A stretch of 32,000 nucleotides of DNA from Pseudomonadota bacterium (lineage in GTDB: Bacteria; Desulfobacterota; Syntrophia; Syntrophales; Fen-1087). Under the pieces are notes generated by a model. It was not told where the DNA came from. It saw only the letters and a program-made list of their open reading frames with translations, and did not search any database. Every line of letters starts with the position of its first letter. Position 1 is the first letter of the stretch. Below, piece after piece: positions 23,939 through 32,000 of this stretch. The position numbers and the translations under genes are program-made. The stretch covers positions 31,443 through 63,442 of the forward strand of contig JAZDIK010000099.1 in the NCBI GenBank assembly GCA_043805145.1, written 5' to 3'.

Positions 23939-25681
23939 ATGGATAAACGCTTATACAGGATGATTTTTATCACAATCATAGTTATGACTTCATTAATGAT
24001 TTCAGTTTCTTTACCTTTTTTGAGCATCCGGCCGGAAGACGCAAGCCCCATAGGACCTGATCTTATCCAATTTACCGCTTCGTTATCGGCAAGGGAATTA
24101 CCGGGTCAACCCGGGCTGACCGTCATGCCGGCTGAAATCGATCTTGGCCAACTGAGCCACGGGGGGACGCGTAAAGGCGTCATTTCGCTAAAAAAGACGG
24201 CATCCGGAAGCGTGACATGGACCCTGATCGCACCTGTGGGCTGGAACGTTACGGATGAAAAAATCATGATGGGTGTTTTGAATAAAGACGTCGATCTGTT
24301 GCAGATTCAACTGAATATCCTGAACGATGAGCCGGACAATAGCAGGGAAATTGGAAAATCCACACGCCTGGCTCAGTTGCTGTTTGAAGCGGAAGGACAG
24401 GTTTCGGCCTTTACCAGGAAGATCGAGCCGGGCCAACATCATGTACGGATCCGTATAGAGACCGACGGCGGTCCGATGGATTTTGAAATTCTCTTTAAGT
24501 TGCTGGATACAGCCGCACGACCGCTGCTCGGCATTGACCCCTTGCAGATTGATTTCGGAACGGCCCTGCAGGGCGAGAAAGTCAGCAGGCGGGCCAAAGT
24601 GACCAACAACGGTTGGGAAACGCTTAAATGGCAAGCTTATGTCGTAAAAGAGATCGGTTCGGATACGGGCAGAACATTGGACGCAGGGAAGTACATTTCC
24701 TTCCTGAATGACGAGATGACGGGCAGCGGCCACTACAAGGTGGCGCGCCATCTTAAGGAGAGGCTCGAATTGCCGGGTAAATGGGTGGAGAATCAAGGTT
24801 ATCCCTATGCCACAGCGGATGGTCATACGCTACGGTATCGTTTTACGGGAACAGGGATCGCCGTCTATTTCTGGAGAGGACCGGCAACCGGTCAATTGAC
24901 GGCTTTTGTGGATGATCGCTTTATCTTACAGCAGGACGGGGTGTCGGAGCAAAAAGAACGGTTTGAATGGCAGGTGGCAGAGGGATTAACCGATGGCGCG
25001 CACATCTTGACGCTCTTCAACAGGAATGGTCCCGTTGCCATTGAGGGGGTCAGGATTTACGGAGGCGATACCATACGATTAAGTCCGGGGTCTGTCGTCG
25101 TCTCTCCTGACAATGGTGCCGTGACCCGTCAGACGAACTATGTCAATATTATGGTGAATACCATGTTGCTGGCGCCGGGCCGATATGGCGGCTACGTTTT
25201 GTTTGATTCCAACGGTGGTCAAAAAGAGGTCGAGCTCTCCCTCGACGTCACGGCTGATAATATTCCGAGAATCCTGGATGTGTACCGATACGTTCAGGGC
25301 CTGGATTATTTCCTCACCACTAACCCACAGGCCGAATCGGCCACCCTTCAGGCCCGCGGCTATACAAATCAAGGGATTGCTTTCCGGCTATTCGCTTCCG
25401 GGATGCCTGGGACAACGGAATTCTTCAGGTGGTTTCATGCGCGGAAAGGCGACCATTTCTACGGTTATGAACTGAACAGTGTAAAAAGGTCCATGCAGGG
25501 ATATCTCCTCGAAGGGGCGATTGGGAATATTGCAACATCCCGCCTGACACATACGCGGGAACTTTACCGATGGTATCATCCGTCCAGCAAACATTATTTT
25601 TATACCGTCGATCCGAAAGGGGAGGGGATGCAGAAAAAGGGTTACCAGTATGACGGCATCGCCGGTTACGTGCGGCCTTGA
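23939..25681 (+). CDS. membrane-anchored/secreted multi-domain protein (580 aa): beta-sandwich (BACON/ASH-like) modules, a jelly-roll-like module and three C-terminal aromatic (DUF5648-like) repeats
   Basis: N-terminal hydrophobic anchor or signal MIFITIIVMTSLMISVSLPFL. Two segments match the pattern IDLGQL..GGTRKGVISLKK..SGSVTWTL / IDFGTALQGEKVSRRAKVTNNGWETLKWQAYV. The mid domain LRYRFTGTGIAVYFWRGPATGQLTAFVDD...GAHILTL...IEGVRIYG is CBM-like. The C-terminal repeats are listed in the findings. SD GAGGGG upstream. Confidence 0.75.
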   Translation: MDKRLYRMIFITIIVMTSLMISVSLPFLSIRPEDASPIGPDLIQFTASLSARELPGQPGLTVMPAEIDLGQLSHGGTRKGVISLKKTASGSVTWTLIAPVGWNVTDEKIMMGVLNKDVDLLQIQLNILNDEPDNSREIGKSTRLAQLLFEAEGQVSAFTRKIEPGQHHVRIRIETDGGPMDFEILFKLLDTAARPLLGIDPLQIDFGTALQGEKVSRRAKVTNNGWETLKWQAYVVKEIGSDTGRTLDAGKYISFLNDEMTGSGHYKVARHLKERLELPGKWVENQGYPYATADGHTLRYRFTGTGIAVYFWRGPATGQLTAFVDDRFILQQDGVSEQKERFEWQVAEGLTDGAHILTLFNRNGPVAIEGVRIYGGDTIRLSPGSVVVSPDNGAVTRQTNYVNIMVNTMLLAPGRYGGYVLFDSNGGQKEVELSLDVTADNIPRILDVYRYVQGLDYFLTTNPQAESATLQARGYTNQGIAFRLFASGMPGTTEFFRWFHARKGDHFYGYELNSVKRSMQGYLLEGAIGNIATSRLTHTRELYRWYHPSSKHYFYTVDPKGEGMQKKGYQYDGIAGYVRP

Positions 25682-25723
25682 GGCGGCTGACTCCTTTCCG
25701 TTACTGAAGGTTGATCTGTTAGC

Positions 25724-25750
25724 AACAATAAAAATATTGTTAAGTTTTTT
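25724..25750 (+). terminator. weak AT-rich hairpin plus T-tract downstream of the 580-aa gene
   Basis: AACAATA (25724-25730) / TATTGTT (25735-25741) followed by AAGTTTTTT. Confidence 0.4.
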
Positions 25751-25844
25751 AGAAATTAACCGATATCATTCTAAACACCCCACGTTTAATCAATCCTTGG
25801 TAACGTTTTAATTGAGACCATTCGATGGGGAAAGAGGGATTGGA

Positions 25845-26510
25845 ATGAAAAGCATTATTTTACTTATGTGGCGAGGACTGGTCTTGGCGTCATTGATGCT
25901 GGCGGTGATTTCACTTTCTGGCTGCATACGAGCTTCTGATCATGATGGGTATAGTTATCAAACCATTGATGACCGTCTTGACGGAGTTGCGCTGAAAGCC
26001 CTTTTTGATGCGATATCTCTGGACTTTTGTAAGTCTTCATGTTCCGATTGCACATCACCCTGTCCCCAGATTATCGAAGACTCCGAACCAGTCAGCTTGT
26101 CTGACGGGACGATCATTCGACCTCCATATGAGCAGGAGTCAGTCATTGTAACCGATTTTGTTGATCTGCAGTCATTTGAACCCAAGAGCGCCGGATTATT
26201 GATGGCAGAATTGATGCGTGGCAGTCTTCACAAGGTTTGTTGCAATCGTATCGTGCAAGGGGAGTTCTCCAAGTATTTCAAGTTAACTGACAAGGGGCTG
26301 GTTGTGTTCACCCGTTCTTCCAGCGACAGAATAAAAGATGAATACCCTGGCCGTTATGTCGTAGTGGGGACATATGAATATAGACGCAATAAACTGATGA
26401 TTTTTGTGAAAAAAATTAATATTTCCACTGGAAAGATCGAGCGCATGGTAACAAGAGAACTTGACTTTATGCGAGATTATTCGGGAAAGGTAACATACGA
26501 AGTTAGGTAA
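25845..26510 (+). CDS. lipoprotein, FlgO/LpoB-like fold suspected, with an N-terminal Cys-rich insert
   Basis: MKSIILLMWRGLVLASLMLAVISLSGC gives a signal peptide plus lipobox. SD GAAAGAGGGATTGG lies before the ATG at 25845; the track starts at the TTG at 25812. VIVTDFVDLQSFEPKSAGLLMAELMRGSL...YVVVGTYEYRRNKLMIFVKKINISTGKIE fits the FlgO/LpoB-type pattern as I remember it. Confidence 0.7.
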   Translation: MKSIILLMWRGLVLASLMLAVISLSGCIRASDHDGYSYQTIDDRLDGVALKALFDAISLDFCKSSCSDCTSPCPQIIEDSEPVSLSDGTIIRPPYEQESVIVTDFVDLQSFEPKSAGLLMAELMRGSLHKVCCNRIVQGEFSKYFKLTDKGLVVFTRSSSDRIKDEYPGRYVVVGTYEYRRNKLMIFVKKINISTGKIERMVTRELDFMRDYSGKVTYEVR

Positions 26511-26656
26511 TAAGCCTTTGTTGCTCATTGTCATCATTCAGTCGTGTCCCGACGTTTGGTCCGCTGCCTGAAAACGCCGTTTCGTATTCGAAGCGGTACG
26601 GATCGTGTGACACAATATTGAATGATATGGGATTATTAAAGAAGGTTGCCTGATTT

Positions 26657-27914
26657 TTACTCATTTCTTAATGCGACGATCGGATCCATCTTTGCTGCTA
26701 CATACGCCGGATAGAGGCCAAAGAAAATTCCAGTCAATATCGATGTAAGTAATGGAAGAACCAGCGACAAGACGGTTATCGCTGTATTCCATCCTGCAAT
26801 GGCCGATATAAGAAATACAGCACCGGTCCCAAAAACAATGCCGATGATACCCCCTGAAAAAGTCAAAATGATAGCTTCCGTAAGAAATTGAACGACGATA
26901 TTTTGCTGTGTGGCGCCCAGCGATCGACGGATGCCGATTTCCCTGGTCCGCTCTGACACAGTGGCGAGCATGATGTTCATGATCCCAATCCCGCCGACCA
27001 GCAATGAAATGAGGGCGATGCTTCCCAGCACAACATTGAACGTCCGCTGTATTTTTTGCGATTGCCGCAAAAGCTCCTGGGGCACGACGACCTGATAATC
27101 TTCAGCCCCACCATGGGCGTGCTCCATGATGCGTCTGATGACTTTAGCAGCAGAATCAACCTGGTCTGTAGATCTGACCTGGACGATGATTTCTGTTAAT
27201 TCAGAAAAACCTGACACGCTGTTTATTGATGGATTTTCGTCGAACATTGCTGCGGCCGCCGAGGGGATAATAACCATTTCGTTGTAGTTTCTTGCGGTTA
27301 TCGCACCCGATTTTACCGTCTTCCGGTCAAATGGCTGCAGTTGACCGATAATTTTGAAAAGGCTGTTCTCAATTCTGACAAAATTTCCCACATGTCCCTG
27401 AAGACCAAGATTTTTAGCCACCCTGTCTCCCAGAACGCACACCTGATTTTTCTGCACCATGTCCTGTTCGGTGAGGAAGCGCCCCCGGGATACATGGATC
27501 GATAGAAGTCCTGAATAATTTGCAGAACAGGCAACGATCTGGGGGGATATATCCTTGCCCGCCGCCATGACTGAGGCCTTCAGTTCCTTCATGTGTGCAA
27601 CATCCGTCACACCCGGACACTCACGTCTAATCCGGGCGGCGTCATTTGCGCACAGCCCCGGCGAGCGCTTGTCCATCGCCTTTTTTTTCTGGATGTCGGT
27701 CAGGGAAACAGCTTTAATATAAATGTTTCTTGTCCCCAGTTGTTCAATCTGGGCGAGCGATTCCCGCTTTGCCCCTTCGCTGATTGAAATCATGGTCATG
27801 ACCGCCATGACGCCACAGATCACCCCGAGGATGCTGAGAGCCGTCCTGAGTTTATGCTGCAGCAGTGAGCGTAAGGCAATATTTATGATTTTAACCGGCT
27901 TCTTCAGTAATCGG

Positions 27915-27937
<23 letters not shown>
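26657..27937 (-). CDS. ABC transporter permease, MacB/FtsX family (N-terminal TM, large periplasmic domain, C-terminal FtsX 3-TM bundle)
   Basis: 426 aa. ALRSLLQHKLRTALSILGVICGVMAV is the MacB N-terminal TM segment, followed by a ~220-aa soluble loop. The C-terminal FtsX motif is TREIGIRRSLGATQQNIVVQFLTEA. 23-nt overlap with the ATPase gene. Confidence 0.9.
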
Positions 27938-28588
<651 letters not shown>

Positions 28589-28589
<1 letters not shown>

Positions 28590-29887
28590 TATTTCATTGA
28601 TGGTGTGGAGGGCTGGATCAGGCTGATCCTGTCACCGCTGTTTAATCCGGAAATAATTTCGATCACATCTTCATTCTGCCTGCCGACCTTCACATCCCTT
28701 TTGATAAAATCGCTTCCCTTGTAAATATAACAGACCTTCTGTCCGCCTTCGTTAAAAACCGCATGGATCGGAACAGTCAACACATTTTTCACCGCATCCG
28801 TGTGGATGTACACCCGGGCCGTCATGCCGGGCCTTAAACGGACATCTTCACCCCTCATGGCGATGGTCACCTGAAAGTGTTTTTCACCTCGCCCCCCCTC
28901 AACATTATCTGTGGCCAGAACGCCAATCGCCGTTACGGTGCCGGAAAACCGGATGTCCGGATAGGCGTCCACCTGGATCGTCGTGTTTTGTCCTTTGGAT
29001 ATTTTGTGGAGATCCACTTCCCGCACCTGGGTATGGACGATCATGGCCGAGATATCGGGCAAATAGAGCAAGGGCTGATTCTGCCAGACCGTATCGCCTA
29101 CGCGCGGCTTCCTTTTGATGTTGTCACGGAACAACTCATAATGAACCACAATGCCGGAAAAGGGCGCACGAACGATGGATTTATTCAATTCATTCCGGGC
29201 GTCCGTCAGAGCTGACCTGCAGGTTTCCAATTCGCTCTGGGCCTTTCCCAACTCGGCTACGGCTGTTGCGATCTTGAAAACCGCTTCTTTCTGAACCTGA
29301 TCTAGGGTGGTTTCACTTTTCTGTAACTTGTTATAGAGCTGCTCGGTCTTTTTCTTCCCCTGGGCGATCTCACTCGGATAATGAAATCCTTGTTTGCCGA
29401 GGTCTTCCAGATCTTGTACATACGATATGTAGCGGCTGTACTCCCGTTTCGCATCTTTGGTATCGAAGTCGGCATTCCGGATCATTCCCTCTGCCTGGCT
29501 CTTCTCCCATGCCAGGACCTGTTTGCGGGCTTCGACCACAGCCTCCCTGCTTTTCAATTCGCCCGTCAAGCGCAGGATTTCATTTTCAAACTGGGTGGGA
29601 TCAAAACGGACCAGGTCATCCCCCTTTTTGACGATGGCGCCGTCCTCCACCAAAAAAATGATTTTCCCCTTGTCGCCTTTGATGGCAGAGGAAACAATGT
29701 GGGACCGTTCCGTATCCAGAGTCCCGATGGTATTGGTATTGATATCGAAACCGGCAACGGCTGCCGTCGCAAGTTGCAGCTCCGGTTCGGAATGCCTGGA
29801 CAGAACGAACTGCAAAATGACCAGGAACGAAACCAGAACGATGGTGGACGCCAGGCCTTGTTTCCAGTATTTCTTCAAAAGGTTCAT
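28589..29887 (-). CDS. periplasmic adaptor (membrane fusion protein), HlyD/MacA family
   Basis: N-terminal TM anchor, lipoyl-like halves (GKIIFLVEDGAIVKKGDDLVRFD ... IVRAPFSGIVV), a long coiled-coil hairpin, and beta-barrel plus membrane-proximal domains. TAATG overlap with the ATPase gene. Confidence 0.9.
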
Positions 29888-29900
29888 TCAGACTAGATGG

Positions 29901-29923
29901 ACTCGAAAAAAGTCAAAAAACGG
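29901..29923. repeat. isolated copy of the repeat-element terminal motif (ACTCGAAAAAAGTCAAAAAACGG)
   Basis: 21/23 identity to 23758-23780, including the exact 15-mer AAAAGTCAAAAAACG. Lies in the 48-nt TolC-MFP spacer. Confidence 0.55.
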
Positions 29924-29935
29924 ACGATGATGTCA

Positions 29936-31402
29936 TCAGTTTTTGGGTATCAATGTTCCCAGAATGGCTTTCATATTGTATGTTCCGACGGCATAATCCA
30001 TTTCTGCGGTCAGCAACATGACTTTTGCCCGCTGGAGTTCCGTCTCGGCCTCAATCACATCAAAATTATCCGCCATACCGTGCGCATACTTCACCTCGGC
30101 CAGGGCCAGCTTTTCCCTGGCCTGCTGCATCTGTTCCTTTCTGATCCGGATGCGTTTTTCATCTTCCTTGAAGGCGTTCCACTGTTTACGGACCTGCTTG
30201 CCGATCTCTTCCATCCTGTTTTCAAGATCCAGGCGGAGCACCTTGACGTTCAGAAGGCTTTGCTGATAAACCGCCTTCTCGGCTGTCCTCTGTAAATCCG
30301 TCGAACCCTGCAACGCCACATTCCAGCGGTTCTGGTTGAGCGTTGCGGCCTGACCGAAGGTATCCGCCATGGCATATTGCCCCACACTCATGACGAGATT
30401 GACGCCCGGCAGGGTGTTCTGCCTCATCACCAGGGATTTTCGCTCGGCTTCCTGAATCTCCGCTGTTGCCTGTTCAATTTCAATTCTGTTCTTCAGTGCC
30501 GCATCGATGGCGGTGGAAAGTTCCATTGGCATATAATCAGGCGGGGCAGGGGTGACCAGGGCGATTTCCGTTTTCAAGGGCAGTGACAGAATGACCTTGA
30601 TTCTGTCCTTAGCATCCAGATAGGCTTCCGACGCCTGTGTTGCCGAGTCTCCGGCTTCCTTCAGGCGGATTTCCGCCCGATAGGTTTCCATAGGGGTGGC
30701 CAGGCCCACCTTGCCCTTGGCTATGGCCACGGCCGCATGACCCTTTAGCCTTGACGCCATAATGTCATATAAATTATTGATTTCTCTTTGTTTTACGGCA
30801 TTGTAAAAGGTAGTGATCATTTCCAGGCTGATATTCACTTTTGTCTGGTAGATGTTTCTGACGGCAGTCTCTTTAGAAAATTCAGCGCTGCGGACATTAT
30901 CAAGATTGACATCCTCTCCAAATCCCCTGAAAAGGGGCTGCTCGATGGTAAAACTGACATCGTTCCAGTATTGCTGGTCGGTTACATTCATAGTAGGGTT
31001 CAGCGATACGGTGGTTCCGGTTTCGAGTTTTTTCCTGATCGCCACCCCGGCGCCGACACTGTTGCTTCCCCTCCAGAAATTCGTGTTGACGCCGGGGACA
31101 ATCTTCACATCAAAATCACTTTTGGCTGCTGTTACCGAGTACCGTTGCGAGTCCGCCCTGAATCTGGAACTGGTGATATTCCGGTTGTTCAAGAGCGCCA
31201 GATCAACGGACTGCTCCAAGGTCAGGGTGACCGGCGCGGACGTCTGAGCTTCCCGATTTATAATGGATATTTCTTTTTCTCCGGCCTGAAGAGAATTGAC
31301 CGGCAACAAGAGGACAAGCGAAATCCACAGGATTATAAAAATCGGGGGGGAGTTAAAATTTCCCCCCCTTAAATATGGAATAATCATGGATTTGAAGAAC
31401 AT
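29936..31402 (-). CDS. TolC-family outer-membrane efflux protein
   Basis: 488 aa. Signal peptide ending in LQA. Two-fold repeat of coiled-coil/beta segments typical of the OEP family (LTLEQSVDLALLNNRNI..., ...YRAEIRLKEA..., ...AEVKYAHGMADNFDVIEAETELQRAKV...). Confidence 0.88.
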   Translation of the reverse strand: MFFKSMIIPYLRGGNFNSPPIFIILWISLVLLLPVNSLQAGEKEISIINREAQTSAPVTLTLEQSVDLALLNNRNITSSRFRADSQRYSVTAAKSDFDVKIVPGVNTNFWRGSNSVGAGVAIRKKLETGTTVSLNPTMNVTDQQYWNDVSFTIEQPLFRGFGEDVNLDNVRSAEFSKETAVRNIYQTKVNISLEMITTFYNAVKQREINNLYDIMASRLKGHAAVAIAKGKVGLATPMETYRAEIRLKEAGDSATQASEAYLDAKDRIKVILSLPLKTEIALVTPAPPDYMPMELSTAIDAALKNRIEIEQATAEIQEAERKSLVMRQNTLPGVNLVMSVGQYAMADTFGQAATLNQNRWNVALQGSTDLQRTAEKAVYQQSLLNVKVLRLDLENRMEEIGKQVRKQWNAFKEDEKRIRIRKEQMQQAREKLALAEVKYAHGMADNFDVIEAETELQRAKVMLLTAEMDYAVGTYNMKAILGTLIPKN

Positions 31403-31418
31403 GCACTGACAACTTCAA

Positions 31419-32000
31419 TCAGGGACAATAAACGGTATAATTCCAGGCTGTGCCGCTTCCGCCCGCACAGTTCGGCGAAACAGCGACGGTGATCTTTGAT
31501 GTGCTGCAGGAGAAGGGAAGCGACACTGTTTGACTTGTCCCAACGCAACCGGTATCATACAGCGCGGAACCGCCGTAGCAGCTAAGAACGATCCGATCTT
31601 TTTGAGAATATGTATTATAATAAAAACGGAAGGTTCCGGAGGTTTTTCCCATCTCGATCGTGCGGGAGTCCGCTGTATCGCCTCCTGCAACCTGCTGCTG
31701 ATTGCATTGTGCGGTTGGTGTTGGTGCGGGTGCAGGCGTGCTGCTGCCGCCCCCCCCGCTGCTGCCGATTGCCGCTGCTGCAACCCCGACTGTTGCCGCC
31801 CCGCCAATCGCGATTCCCGCAATGGCAGCCGTGGACAAGCCCGTCTTCGCCGCAGCCGCACCACCTCCTGCCGCCGCTGCTCCGCCCCCCGTACCGGTGC
31901 CTGCGCCACCCGCAGCGCCTGCCGTTCCAGTTTCCGTCGCCTTGGCAATAGCCGCCGTCGCCACCGCCGCTCCAATCGCGGAAATAGTGATGATACCCCC
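31419..32000 (-). CDS. Gly/Ala-rich low-complexity protein with a Pro/Thr linker and a ~95-aa 6-Cys C-terminal domain; 5' end lies off-window
   Basis: The frame ending in the TGA (plus-strand tca at 31419-31421) stays open to the window edge; my own translation upstream of the track's GTG reads GGIITISAIGAAV. It continues with G/A-rich glycine-zipper-like stretches, the linker STPAPAPTPT, then QCNQQQVAGGDTADSRTIEMGKTSGTFRFYYNTYSQKDRIVLSCYGGSALYDTGCVGTSQTVSLPFSCSTSKITVAVSPNCAGGSGTAWNYTVYCP. The other open frames here are Arg/Pro-rich artefacts. Confidence 0.65.
   Translation of the reverse strand, partial: GGIITISAIGAAVATAAIAKATETGTAGAAGGAGTGTGGGAAAAGGGAAAAKTGLSTAAIAGIAIGGAATVGVAAAAIGSSGGGGSSTPAPAPTPTAQCNQQQVAGGDTADSRTIEMGKTSGTFRFYYNTYSQKDRIVLSCYGGSALYDTGCVGTSQTVSLPFSCSTSKITVAVSPNCAGGSGTAWNYTVYCP

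Noticed and set aside
31415-31975. Alternative long ORFs in the GC-rich low-complexity region (31415..31975 minus, 31610..31951 plus).
   Set aside because: Their translations are Arg/Pro/Leu-rich nonsense (MERRWRRRLLPRRRKLER...). Only the 31419 frame ends in a normal-composition folded-looking domain. The multiple open frames are a by-product of GCN-rich repeats.

Overview
Most of this window (about 0.3-23.6 kb) is a conserved bacterial housekeeping backbone. It carries rsmI, pgsA and a tRNA-Val(GAC), followed by the classic thrS-infC-rpmI-rplT-pheS-pheT-ihfA-MerR block. After that come a small PxxKW-type cysteine-rich protein, HU, trpS-scpA-scpB-rluB, ihfB and an M50 protease. On the minus strand lie radC, sodB and a dprA-topA-trmFO block. 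Gene content (PxxKW protein, TrmFO, IHF/HU set), mid-range GC and tight gene packing suggest a Desulfobacterota/Syntrophales-like deltaproteobacterium; this is inference only. The last about 8 kb (23.9-32 kb) looks accessory and cell-envelope related. It holds a 580-aa membrane-anchored or secreted multi-domain protein with three C-terminal aromatic repeats and an AT-richer FlgO/LpoB-like lipoprotein. It also holds a minus-strand five-gene cluster: a Gly/Ala-rich protein with a 6-Cys C-terminal domain (partial at the window edge), then TolC, MFP, ABC ATPase and MacB/FtsX permease. That cluster is the best candidate for an uncharacterised system. Other points worth a second look are a roughly 157-bp structured intergenic repeat whose terminal motif recurs at two other intergenic sites, a non-AUG infC start, a TrpRS with a C-x21-C-x6-C-x2-C Fe-S-type motif, a terminator hairpin overlapping the M50 protease start, and a 520-bp gap with no ORF of 60 aa or more upstream of pgsA. 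I saw no CRISPR array, transposase, integrase or recognisable defence genes.
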